Position numbers and translations under genes: made by a program
Part shown: piece by piece, positions 9,472 to 18,414 of the stretch
Layout of the letters: every line of letters starts with the position of its first letter
Position numbering within the stretch: the first letter of the stretch is position 1
Notes under the pieces: generated by a model
Databases searched by the model: none
The model's input: only the letters and a program-made list of their open reading frames with translations
What the model was told of the DNA's origin: nothing
Origin: Candidatus Kapaibacterium sp.
Lineage (GTDB): Bacteria; Bacteroidota; Ignavibacteria; Kapaibacteriales; Kapaibacteriaceae
DNA length: 64,000 nucleotides
Direction of reading: 5' to 3'
NCBI GenBank assembly: GCA_030833725.1
Contig: JAURGP010000005.1
Location: 298 to 64,297, forward strand

Positions 9472-10263
9472 CTACCTGCCGTGAAACGATGGCGTACGCT
9501 TGTCCAGAAACGCCCGCGTGCCTTCTTTGAAGTCCTCACTACCGCATGTTCGACCGAAGATGCTGGCCTCGATGTACAAGCCCTCAAGTCCAGAAACATC
9601 GGCAGAGGCTTGCGCAGCTTCCAAGCAGGCATACAGGGCCAGCGGCGCTTTGGCAGCCAGCATCTGGGCGAAGGCCAGAGTTTGATCCAGAAGGTCTGCA
9701 GCGGCGTAGACACGATTGACGAGGCCGATACGCAGAGCTTCGGCAGCATCAATCATGTCACCGGCAAGTATCAACTCATATGCCTTTGCCAGTCCGACGA
9801 GTCTCGGTAGGCGCTGTGTACCTCCGTAGCCGGGAATGATTCCCAAGTTGATCTCAGGCTGACCAAAACGAGCAGAATCTGCTGCAAAGCGCATGTGGCA
9901 AGCCATGGCCAGTTCACATCCGCCGCCCAGGGCAAAACCGTTCACGGCGGCGATGACAGGCTTGCCGAGGCGCTCGATGGCGGTGAAGACAGCTTGTCCG
10001 CGCTCGGCGAAGAGTTTGCCTCCGACGGCGTCATTAGCGTGCAACTCCGCAATATCAGCGCCCGCGGCGAATGCTTTCGGGCCGCTTCCGGTAATCACCA
10101 CAACGCGCACGTTGGGGTCGTACTGGCACGTGGTGATGGCTGCATGCAATTCACGCAGTAGTTCCGCGTTCAGGGCGTTCAGTTTATCCGGGCGGTTGAG
10201 CGTAATGACGGCTACGCCAGCATGTCCATCAGTGGGGAGATCTAGGAGGATGGTGTGTGCCAT
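9472..10263 (-). CDS. Enoyl-CoA hydratase/isomerase (crotonase family).
   Basis: VITLNRPDKLNALN crotonase N-terminal motif and GGGCELA oxyanion-hole region. 2-bp gap to waaA downstream. Confidence 0.8.
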   Translation of the reverse strand: MAHTILLDLPTDGHAGVAVITLNRPDKLNALNAELLRELHAAITTCQYDPNVRVVVITGSGPKAFAAGADIAELHANDAVGGKLFAERGQAVFTAIERLGKPVIAAVNGFALGGGCELAMACHMRFAADSARFGQPEINLGIIPGYGGTQRLPRLVGLAKAYELILAGDMIDAAEALRIGLVNRVYAAADLLDQTLAFAQMLAAKAPLALYACLEAAQASADVSGLEGLYIEASIFGRTCGSEDFKEGTRAFLDKRTPSFHGR

Positions 10264-10380
10264 GAGTGTTCCTGTGGTGCGTCCGGTTGTGGATCTTGTG
10301 CAAAGCTACGAAGGGTGCACCTGGTAGGCGTGTCTTCTACCGGTTGGTCGCTGTGCGAATGGCCGGTAACTTCGCACGGT

Positions 10381-11727
10381 ATGCTCACACGTGCACTTTG
10401 GATGGTCGTTGCTGTAGTCCTCGCAGGATCGGTAGAGCTGTGTGCTTCGACGCCGACGCCAACACCGACGCCGAAGCTCACCATCAAGACTGAGCGCACG
10501 CTGGCCCCTGGGATCACCTATCGCGAGTACCGCACGAATGGTCGCCGACCATCCTTGGTGCACGTTGTGGCTGTCAACCGCACTGTAGCCGGCAATGCCA
10601 TCCGCGTTGTGAAAGCGATGAATCATGCCTTAAGCCGTGAACCGTTGGTTCCGATGGCTGATCGCTACGAAGTCATCAATGGTGATGCCGTCATGGCCAT
10701 GGTCAATGCCAACTTCTGGGCTGCCGTTCGCAACAATCCCATTGGTCCATGTGTCGTCGACGGGGAGGTGGTCGAAATGACGCCGCACAAGCAGTGGTCC
10801 AGTGCCTTCTTTGATGCCCGGAACCGTTTGTTGATTGACACCTTCCGCCTTCAGGGTTCCGTAACGATCGGCACTGCTCGATTGCCGATCGCCAGCACCA
10901 ATCGTCGGTCGGATTCAACGGGTGTTGTCGTGTACAATCAGTACGGCGGTAAGACTGTGCCGTTCATCACACCAGAACAGCTCGAGTGGCTCTGGCAGCA
11001 GTCGGCGTCCGAGCGTCGCACCATGGGAGATGATTCCACAGAGCAGGATGTCACCGAGGCTGATCTCCGAGCCGAGATGGCACGTGCTCATCTGGAGCAA
11101 AACCGGGAACATCCGATGGTGAAGATCCAGGTTCGGTACCTACGTTTCCCCAGCGTGAATCGAACCACTCCCTGTAGGGTGCTTGCCGTGGATACCGGTA
11201 TCGTATCTACGCCACTGCGCGGCGCCGTGATTTCGCTGCCACGATCAGCACTGGCAGGGCTCGTTCCGGAAGCTGGAGATACCGTCTTCTTGGAGTTCAA
11301 AACCAACATCCACGATCATCTACACTTCATGAATGCCATCAGCGGCACGCCTCGGCTGGTGCGCAATGGAGTTTCTGGTCACGAGGCCGCGCGTGAGGGT
11401 GTCACCGGAAAGCGCTTCATCCGACAACACCTTGCTCGTACTGCCCTTGGATGTGATGAAACGGGAGAGACCATCTACCTGGTGGCAGTAGAACCGTCCC
11501 GAAAGGATCGGAGCGCCTATGGTGCCACGCTGGCCGATCTAGCGGCGATCATGGAAGCTCTTGGCGCCCATGATGCCATGAATCTGGATGGAGGGGGCTC
11601 GACGGGTATGGTGGTCGAGAACCGCCACGCATTTTTCGACGAAGCCGTCGAGACGCGTCCTGTTTCGGTGGGGCTGGCCGTTGTGCGGTTGCACCACGTG
11701 TTGCGTGCCCATCAGTATAGCAAGTAA
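10381..11727 (+). CDS. Secreted phosphodiester glycosidase family protein (NAGPA/DUF2233-like).
   Basis: Signal peptide followed by a TPTPTPTP linker. C-terminal NLDGGGSTGMVV motif is typical of phosphodiester glycosidase domains. Start taken at MLTRALWMVV (10381), not the overlapping upstream ATG. Confidence 0.5.
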   Translation: MLTRALWMVVAVVLAGSVELCASTPTPTPTPKLTIKTERTLAPGITYREYRTNGRRPSLVHVVAVNRTVAGNAIRVVKAMNHALSREPLVPMADRYEVINGDAVMAMVNANFWAAVRNNPIGPCVVDGEVVEMTPHKQWSSAFFDARNRLLIDTFRLQGSVTIGTARLPIASTNRRSDSTGVVVYNQYGGKTVPFITPEQLEWLWQQSASERRTMGDDSTEQDVTEADLRAEMARAHLEQNREHPMVKIQVRYLRFPSVNRTTPCRVLAVDTGIVSTPLRGAVISLPRSALAGLVPEAGDTVFLEFKTNIHDHLHFMNAISGTPRLVRNGVSGHEAAREGVTGKRFIRQHLARTALGCDETGETIYLVAVEPSRKDRSAYGATLADLAAIMEALGAHDAMNLDGGGSTGMVVENRHAFFDEAVETRPVSVGLAVVRLHHVLRAHQYSK

Positions 11728-12947
11728 GGAAGACGCCGCAGAAGAAAGTCCTGTACACCGATCTGTGACGAGGCACGCAGTTGCGGCAGGGATGTCCCGG
11801 ACTGTAGCAGGTTCAACCAGCGACGAGACCCGGATGTTTTGACAAACATCTGTCCGGCATTGCCCTGCACAACGCTTGGCGACAGGGCTGCCGGATACCT
11901 GTTGCGAAAGCTCTGCAACAGTATCAGGGCAGCATCAAAGGGCTTGAAGGCGGAGTCGTCAGCAAAGGCCAGATGGTAGCCGATGCACTCCCGCTTGGCG
12001 AACTTACCAGCTATGGGCACAAATCGACCGGCACGAGCGATCACGCCACAGGAAGCAAGATCGCGTACCAGCGAGGCCTCTTGCTGGGGTGGAAGGGAGT
12101 AGTCTGGTGCACCGATCATCGTAAATGGTCCCGAGGTTCCGATCCCAATCGACGCAAGCCCAAGTTCACCTAACAGCCCAACCACTGGATATCCCCTTGC
12201 AGCCGAAATCGTCGGGATGTTCGGTGACGTGGGATACCAGTGCAGTCCGGTATCTTCCCACCGCATCGTGCGTGTCCAGCCGGTGCAGGCAATCACGACC
12301 ACAGAGCAGCGTTGTGGCGTGCCATCACCACGAGGCTGCAGCCACCCCTCTGTAGAAACCATCTGCGCTAGTTCACCCATCGTCATGCCGTGGACGTATG
12401 GAATGGGGGCGCGGCAGACGAAGTTTCGAACGTCGGCATCTGGCACCGACCCGTCGACGACCATCCCACCGAGGGGGTTGGGACGATCTAGGATCATCAC
12501 CGGTGTGCCTACATCAGCACAAGCTTCCATCACTTCAATCATCGTGCTGATGTAGGTGTACGATCGCGTCCCGATATCCTGAAAGTCAACAACCACAATG
12601 TCAGCGTCTCGAATCATGGCAGGTTCAGGTCGGCGCAGTCGCCCGTAGAGCGACACCACCGGTGTACTTCCAACGGTGTCATCCGCCACATGATCTCCGG
12701 CCCGCACCACACCATAGTAACCGTGTTCTGGAGCCAGCAATCGTAGCACCTGAACCCGAGGATGGGCGATGAGCTCTTCAGCCGTACTTCGTCCGGTATG
12801 GGCTCGGGCAGCAGCATGCGTTACGAGCACAATCTTCTTGTCGGCCAACGCCTCCATGTTCGTGGCAAGCAGCACATCGATGCCAGGACGCACCGTGCCA
12901 GCCAGCGCGATGGGAGTCATGAACACCAACAGAAGGTAGACGATCAT
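11712..12947 (-). CDS. DUF1343 / NamZ-like exo-beta-N-acetylmuramidase.
   Basis: N-terminal signal peptide, then GIDVLL...KKIVLVTHAAARAHTG, matching the DUF1343 (YbbC/NamZ) N-terminus. Start overlaps the xerD-like stop (ATGA). Confidence 0.55.
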   Translation of the reverse strand: MIVYLLLVFMTPIALAGTVRPGIDVLLATNMEALADKKIVLVTHAAARAHTGRSTAEELIAHPRVQVLRLLAPEHGYYGVVRAGDHVADDTVGSTPVVSLYGRLRRPEPAMIRDADIVVVDFQDIGTRSYTYISTMIEVMEACADVGTPVMILDRPNPLGGMVVDGSVPDADVRNFVCRAPIPYVHGMTMGELAQMVSTEGWLQPRGDGTPQRCSVVVIACTGWTRTMRWEDTGLHWYPTSPNIPTISAARGYPVVGLLGELGLASIGIGTSGPFTMIGAPDYSLPPQQEASLVRDLASCGVIARAGRFVPIAGKFAKRECIGYHLAFADDSAFKPFDAALILLQSFRNRYPAALSPSVVQGNAGQMFVKTSGSRRWLNLLQSGTSLPQLRASSQIGVQDFLLRRLPYLLY

Positions 12948-13918
12948 GTGCGATCCCGTTGTGATCGTGGATGGAAGAGTGCATGCACTTCACGAATGTA
13001 CTCGCGGTCGACGTGCGTGTAGATCTGCGTGGTACCGATGTCGGCATGACCCAACATCTCCTGCACGGCCCGGAGATCGGCTCCACCCTCTAACAGATGC
13101 GTCGCAAAGGAGTGCCGGAACATGTGCGGATGAACGTGGACGTCGATTCCCGCTCGTCCGGATGCCGTCTGGATCATATTCCACACCGACATTCGCGAGA
13201 GTGGACGTCCACGTTGGCTTAGAAACAGGATGTCGTCGGTATCGTAGTTCCGCAGGAAGAGTGGGCGTACCTCATGGATGTAGCGCTCGATCCACTGCAG
13301 CGCATGCGCGCCAACGGGCACCAAGCGCTCTTTCGATCCTTTGCCGAAGACGAGAAGAACACCGGCGTCCACGTGGAGGTCTCGTTGCCGAATCCCAAGG
13401 AGCTCGCTCACACGTAGTCCGCACGCATAGAGCGTTTCGAGCATCGCCCGATCACGAATGTCGGCAGGACGAATAGGAACAGTACTATCGGCCGATGGCG
13501 TCGTTGCTTCAATCAAACGGATCATCTCCTGTGCACTCAAACACGTCGGAAGTGCGCGTCGACTTTGAGGTACATCGAGCGTTGCCGTCGGATCGGTGTT
13601 CATGGCCCGGATACCCGACAGCCAGGCATACATCTGCTTGATCGACGAGATGTACCGCGTGCGTGTCGAGGCCGACAAGCCCATCTCATGCAGAAAGGAC
13701 AGAAAGCCTGTCAGGTGCCTGCGCTCTGCATCCGTGAAGCTCTCCAGCCCTGCTCCAGTAAGGTATTCGGCAAGACGCCGTACATCCCTTTGATAAGCCT
13801 CTACGGTATGCTCTGCCGCTCCTCGCTCTAGGCGGAGGAAGGCGGTGAATCCAGTAATGGACCGCGTCATAGCCCCGGAAACGGCTCCGGCCGCGGCCCC
13901 AGCCCCAGCCCCAGCCAT
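12944..13918 (-). CDS. xerD: Tyrosine site-specific recombinase, XerC/XerD family.
   Basis: C-terminal catalytic region HMFRHSFATHLLEGGADLRAVQEMLGHADIGTTQIYTHV with the RHRH-Y residues. N-terminal core-binding region EAYQRDVRRL. Start is ambiguous (13870 MTRS, 13918 MAGAGAGAAAGA, or 14023) because a (GCCCCA)n repeat lies at the 5' end. Confidence 0.8.
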   Translation of the reverse strand: MAGAGAGAAAGAVSGAMTRSITGFTAFLRLERGAAEHTVEAYQRDVRRLAEYLTGAGLESFTDAERRHLTGFLSFLHEMGLSASTRTRYISSIKQMYAWLSGIRAMNTDPTATLDVPQSRRALPTCLSAQEMIRLIEATTPSADSTVPIRPADIRDRAMLETLYACGLRVSELLGIRQRDLHVDAGVLLVFGKGSKERLVPVGAHALQWIERYIHEVRPLFLRNYDTDDILFLSQRGRPLSRMSVWNMIQTASGRAGIDVHVHPHMFRHSFATHLLEGGADLRAVQEMLGHADIGTTQIYTHVDREYIREVHALFHPRSQRDRT

Positions 13919-13933
13919 GGCCCCAGCACGCTC
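13895..13933. repeat. Hexanucleotide microsatellite (GCCCCA)x4-5 at the 5' end of the recombinase gene.
   Basis: ggccccagccccagccccagccatggccccagc. It encodes an Ala/Gly repeat if translated on the minus strand. Confidence 0.7.
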
Positions 13934-16070
13934 AGGACGCTGCATCCGCGGACGACTCTGGAGTTTCTGCAGAAGTGGCATAGCGCACTCGTTTGTGCGA
14001 CATACCAAGCAAGCTCTTGACAAAGGACGACCGAATCACGTCCAGATCATGCAGTGTGAGCGGAACATCGCGTAGTTGTCCGTCCATCATGCGGTCAATC
14101 ATGATCGTTTCCACCGCCTCAGAGAGCGTCTTGCGGCTGGAGGTATCCTCGAGCCGTGACAGGGCCTCTACGGCATCAGCCATCATCACGATCGCCGTTT
14201 CCTTGGAGTTGGGTAGGGGGCCTGGGTAGCGGAAATCCGACTCATCCACGTGGGCGCCCTGTGCCTGCGATTCCTCAATGGCAAGAGTGTAGAAGTGTTT
14301 GATCAGCATGGTTCCGTGATGCATCGGAATAAAGGACCAGATACGCTCCGGTAGGCGATACTCACGAGCCAGTTCAATACCGTCCTGGACGTGCTGACGA
14401 ATGATTGCTGCACTCTTCTTGGGAGGAAGGCGGTCGTGCTTGTTGCCGATGTTCATCTGGTTTTCCACGAAGTACTCGCTCTTCTCCAGCTTTCCGATAT
14501 CGTGGAAGTAGGCTCCAACTCGAGTGAGCAGGGTATTGGCGCCAATGGCGCTAGCAGCAGCTTCAGCCAGTCGTGCTACCGCCATGGTATGCTGATAGGT
14601 TCCAGGTGCCTGCTCGTTGAGCTTCTGAAGCAGGGGATGATTCAGATTGTCGAACTCCTCCAGCCGCATATCCGTCGCCACGTTGAACATGCGCTCAAAG
14701 ACAATGATCACGGCAAACGTGATCAACGGCGACAGGACGGCGTTTGCCGTGGCCATCAGCAACTTTGGCCACATCGCCTCGACTGGTGTTGCACGCTCCA
14801 GCTCTACGGCCAGTGTTGCGATCACCAATCCGATAAAGATGGCAAAGATGGACGTGAAGATCTGGGTCCGATTGCGCACATGTTGCGTACTGTAAATGGC
14901 CAGGACGCCGCCTGAAAGGAGGACGAGAACGATACCGAAGTCGTTGCCTCGTGCCACGCCAACGGCGAGTGCCATTGCCATCGTGAGGACCAACGCCGTA
15001 CGCGCCTCGTAGAGGATGGTGATGATCATTGATAGCGCCGGAACCACGATCACGTACTCGTACGGAACCACCGACTCCAGTCGGGCCGAGATCCACGCCA
15101 GGAGAGCCGTCAGAACTGGCAAGGCTAACAGGCTTCCCAGTTGACCAATACGCTCGAAGCTCGTAGGTCGCAGGATGATGAGGTACAGCACCACAAAGGC
15201 TGCGATGAGTGCTGCATGGCCTAGGCTACCCAGAACCATGAAAAGCGACACCGGTGAATCCGAGCGCAGGTATTGGGCATAGCGGTAGCTGGCAAGACGT
15301 CGCAAGGTAGCCTCATCCAACCGTTGCCCTTTGACTACCAGCACATCGTTTTGGCGAACAATCTCGATGGTACTTGGAACAGCTTGCGCAGCGGCCCTCT
15401 GAGCCTGCGCCGTTGCGCTAGGTTCAACCGTGATCGAGGGCTGTACAAGCGGTAACAGCACCGTTCGTAACTCGTCACGAACGGCTGGAGAAGCCGTCGA
15501 TGTTCGTTGGCCAATGAGCTTCTTGAGTCGCTGGACGTCGGTGAGTTGTGCCACATCGACGACAACATCGGTCGCATCTGTTCGCTGGATCACGACAGCC
15601 GCTGCTTGAAGACTGTCCACGGAGCGATCGAGGATGTATCGCTGGGCAAACATCTCCACAAGCTCAGCCCAGTGGAGTCGTAGCCACTGTTTACCGTCGG
15701 TCGACACCATCTCCGATGCTTGCTCCAGACGGCTTGGAGCACTGGCCACAACAGCCACTCTACAGATGGGTGGCGACGATCGCCGTGCAGAGTCTTGCTC
15801 GCGCTGTAGCTCCACGGGATCCTTCATCACGGGGAAGGTGTAATCGGCTACGACATCGTCCTGGGTCCACGTAGTGCCTAACAGCGATACGTCATAGCGA
15901 CCCGACTGCGTCTCCAACCCCGAGCGAGGAAAGGCAAGGGTCATCACCACCACGGCTACGGCAACAAACGACCATCGCACCACGGGGCTGTTCCATGGTG
16001 TGGAGGGGGCTCTGCGTTGCGCATCTTCGTCGCGGATCTGCGCAAACAGTGATTTCGTCTGCTTTGCCAT
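13932..16070 (-). CDS. 7TM receptor with intracellular HD phosphohydrolase (PgpH-like, HDIG family).
   Basis: N-terminal extracellular region, seven TM helices, then HDIGK and PMHHGT motifs of the HD/HDIG domain (c-di-AMP phosphodiesterase PgpH family). Confidence 0.75.
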   Translation of the reverse strand: MAKQTKSLFAQIRDEDAQRRAPSTPWNSPVVRWSFVAVAVVVMTLAFPRSGLETQSGRYDVSLLGTTWTQDDVVADYTFPVMKDPVELQREQDSARRSSPPICRVAVVASAPSRLEQASEMVSTDGKQWLRLHWAELVEMFAQRYILDRSVDSLQAAAVVIQRTDATDVVVDVAQLTDVQRLKKLIGQRTSTASPAVRDELRTVLLPLVQPSITVEPSATAQAQRAAAQAVPSTIEIVRQNDVLVVKGQRLDEATLRRLASYRYAQYLRSDSPVSLFMVLGSLGHAALIAAFVVLYLIILRPTSFERIGQLGSLLALPVLTALLAWISARLESVVPYEYVIVVPALSMIITILYEARTALVLTMAMALAVGVARGNDFGIVLVLLSGGVLAIYSTQHVRNRTQIFTSIFAIFIGLVIATLAVELERATPVEAMWPKLLMATANAVLSPLITFAVIIVFERMFNVATDMRLEEFDNLNHPLLQKLNEQAPGTYQHTMAVARLAEAAASAIGANTLLTRVGAYFHDIGKLEKSEYFVENQMNIGNKHDRLPPKKSAAIIRQHVQDGIELAREYRLPERIWSFIPMHHGTMLIKHFYTLAIEESQAQGAHVDESDFRYPGPLPNSKETAIVMMADAVEALSRLEDTSSRKTLSEAVETIMIDRMMDGQLRDVPLTLHDLDVIRSSFVKSLLGMSHKRVRYATSAETPESSADAAS

Positions 16071-16087
16071 AGTGCGTACCCTGTGGA

Positions 16088-16888
16088 CTAGCGTCCTTGG
16101 AATGTGGCTGCGCGCTTTTCAAGGAAGGCTTGCACCCCCTCGGCATAGTCGTAACTCTCACCGGCACGCTGCTGGTAGTCTGCCTCGAGGTCCAGCATTT
16201 CCGACAGCGACAACTGCATGCCCTGTTGTAGAAGCTGCTTCACAAAGCCATAGGTCTGTGTCGGGCCTTGCGCGTACTGGAGCGCCAGTGATCGCAGCGA
16301 GGCACGAAAGGCCTTGGGATGAACCACGGCGTTCACCATGCCAAGTCGATGGGCTTCTTCAGCAGTGATGGGCTGATTCAGGGTTGCAAACTCGAAGGCG
16401 CGACTGTATCCCATCATCCGAGGATACAACCAGGTGGCTCCAGAGTCTGGAATCAGTGCAATGGCGATGAAGGCTTCAACGAAACGCGCCGAGGAACTCA
16501 TCACGCGCAGATCTGCGGCAAGAGCCAAGGATAGTCCAGCACCAGCGGCCACACCGTTGATACCGGCGATGACGGGTTTCGGCATCTGCTGCATCGCGCG
16601 GATAATCGGATTGTACCGGCGCTCCAACGAATCACGGAGGCTGCGTTTGCCACCACCGCTAGGAGCGTCCTTCAAGTCCTGGCCAGAGCAGAAGGCTTTG
16701 CCTGCACCCGTGAGCACAACGCACCTCACATCTGGCGACTCATGCATGACGGCGAGCGCTGATTGCAGATCGGTCGTCAACTGCTCATTTGCTGCATTGA
16801 AAACGTCTGGTCGGTTCAGCGTGATCGTGCCAATGCCATCGCTCACATCTACAAGGAGTGTCTCATAGTTCATCATCGTCCCTTCCAT
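16088..16888 (-). CDS. Enoyl-CoA hydratase/isomerase family protein (PaaG-like).
   Basis: GTITLNRPDVFNA and GAGLSLALAADL crotonase motifs. Confidence 0.75.
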   Translation of the reverse strand: MEGTMMNYETLLVDVSDGIGTITLNRPDVFNAANEQLTTDLQSALAVMHESPDVRCVVLTGAGKAFCSGQDLKDAPSGGGKRSLRDSLERRYNPIIRAMQQMPKPVIAGINGVAAGAGLSLALAADLRVMSSSARFVEAFIAIALIPDSGATWLYPRMMGYSRAFEFATLNQPITAEEAHRLGMVNAVVHPKAFRASLRSLALQYAQGPTQTYGFVKQLLQQGMQLSLSEMLDLEADYQQRAGESYDYAEGVQAFLEKRAATFQGR

Positions 16889-17658
16889 TCCGGTGTGCGC
16901 TTATTCACAAAGGCATCCATACCTTCTTTTTGGTCGTCGGTGGCAAACAGGAGGTAGAAGTTCTTGCGCTCAAACTCCAAGCCCCCTTCCAGCGTGGTAC
17001 TAAAGGCCTTGAGTACGGCTTCCTTTGCCAGGCGGGTTGCCATTGGTGCCTTGGTGGCGATTTCCGAGGCTAAGGCTAGTGCCTCATCGAGGTACATCGC
17101 CGCAGGTACCACGCGATTGACCAAACCGGCCTCCAAGGCCCGTCGCGCACTGATCGTCCGGCCCGTCAGCACCAGCTCCATGGCTAAGGCCTTGCCCACG
17201 GCGCGCGTCAATCGCTGCGTGCCTCCAGCTCCGGGCATCACGCCAATGTTGATTTCCGGCTGACCAAACTGAGCTGTTTCAGAAGCTACGATCATGTCGC
17301 AGAGCATGGCCAGTTCGCAGCCACCTCCAAGTGCAAAGCCACTCACGGCGGCAATCGTTGGGGTTTTTGTCTGCCGAATGCGCTCCCAACGAGCAAACTG
17401 ATCTCGCTCAAGCATTGTGACGGCTGAAGCATCCGACATCTCTGTGATATCTGCGCCGGCAGCAAAGGCACGTGCGTCACCGTGGATCACAATACACCGG
17501 ATGTTGGGATCAGCGTCGAATCGCTCAAAGGCATCCACCAGCTCGATCATTGTCTGCAGACTGAGAGCATTCAGCACCTTCGGGCGATTGAGCCGAATGG
17601 CGCCTACATGACCACCCGGTTCGTATGTCTCAATACAGCTGTATTCTTGTGCTGTCAT
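16873..17658 (-). CDS. Enoyl-CoA hydratase (crotonase family).
   Basis: AIRLNRPKVLNALS and GGGCELAMLCD motifs. Start taken at MTAQEY (17658), not the longer upstream ORF. Overlaps the downstream crotonase paralog by 16 bp. Confidence 0.75.
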   Translation of the reverse strand: MTAQEYSCIETYEPGGHVGAIRLNRPKVLNALSLQTMIELVDAFERFDADPNIRCIVIHGDARAFAAGADITEMSDASAVTMLERDQFARWERIRQTKTPTIAAVSGFALGGGCELAMLCDMIVASETAQFGQPEINIGVMPGAGGTQRLTRAVGKALAMELVLTGRTISARRALEAGLVNRVVPAAMYLDEALALASEIATKAPMATRLAKEAVLKAFSTTLEGGLEFERKNFYLLFATDDQKEGMDAFVNKRTPEWKGR

Positions 17659-17718
17659 AGCCACGTCGTTCCGTCGTGATAGTGATTGAACCCACGAAGT
17701 TACGTGATGAACAACATC

Positions 17719-18414
17719 ATGAATCATGTGTTTTGCCATACACTGACGGCCACAAGTGATGCCATCCCTGCGACGGATGCCGTGCGTCGTCACTTAGATG
17801 CCATGCGCATCCGCGACGGGGAGCAGGTGCGTGTCTTCAACGGTCGGGGAGTAGTCAGTGTGGCCATGGTCGAGAGGCAGGGCGGGAGCGTGGTACTGCG
17901 TGCCATGTCGCATACCGTAGTGCCAATGCCGCCACCACTGCGACTGGCTTTCGGTGTGCTCGATCACCGGGATCGTCTGGAGTTCGCCATTGAAAAGGCC
18001 ACGGAGTTAGGTGTAACACATCTGTTCCCACTTTCCTCTGATCACGTGCAGTTTCGGAAGTGGTCGGACGAGCGTGCTCAGGCCAAGATGGTGGCTGCGC
18101 TCACACAGAGTGGACAGGCGTGGTTGCCCCAGATTGCCCAGCCCAGTACGGTTGATGCATTGCTGAATACTCTGCCAAGTGAGGATACCATCATTCTTGG
18201 ATCCGATACCGGCGGTGCCGTCCATGACGTGCAGTCTACGTCGGGGACGACCGTTTGTGTGGGGCCTGAAGGGGGCTTCTCTCAGCGGGAACTGGATCTC
18301 TTCACGGCGGACCGTCGGACGATCCAGATAGCAATCGGCCGCTCCCGCCTACGGGCAGAAACGGCCGCTGTTGCATTATTGGCTGCGTGGGTTGGCGTGC
18401 AACCCCTTCGTTAG
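17719..18414 (+). CDS. rsmE: 16S rRNA (uracil1498-N3)-methyltransferase RsmE.
   Basis: PUA-like N-terminus (HLDAMRIRDGEQVRVFNG). C-terminal SPOUT knot region IAIGRSRLRAETAAVALLA is typical of RsmE. Confidence 0.75.
   Translation: MNHVFCHTLTATSDAIPATDAVRRHLDAMRIRDGEQVRVFNGRGVVSVAMVERQGGSVVLRAMSHTVVPMPPPLRLAFGVLDHRDRLEFAIEKATELGVTHLFPLSSDHVQFRKWSDERAQAKMVAALTQSGQAWLPQIAQPSTVDALLNTLPSEDTIILGSDTGGAVHDVQSTSGTTVCVGPEGGFSQRELDLFTADRRTIQIAIGRSRLRAETAAVALLAAWVGVQPLR

Noticed and set aside
12944-14023. XerD-like tyrosine recombinase as the integrase of an integrated mobile element.
   Set aside because: Flanking genes are housekeeping (NamZ, PgpH, crotonases) in one operon. There is no phage, transposon or conjugation gene, and no flanking direct repeats were seen. 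The recombinase has the XerC/D-type N-terminal core-binding region, not a phage-integrase-type one.
14391-15096. Plus-strand ORFs (174 aa and others) within the pgpH-like gene region.
   Set aside because: Antisense to a gene with clear 7TM plus HDIG motifs. No motifs of their own.
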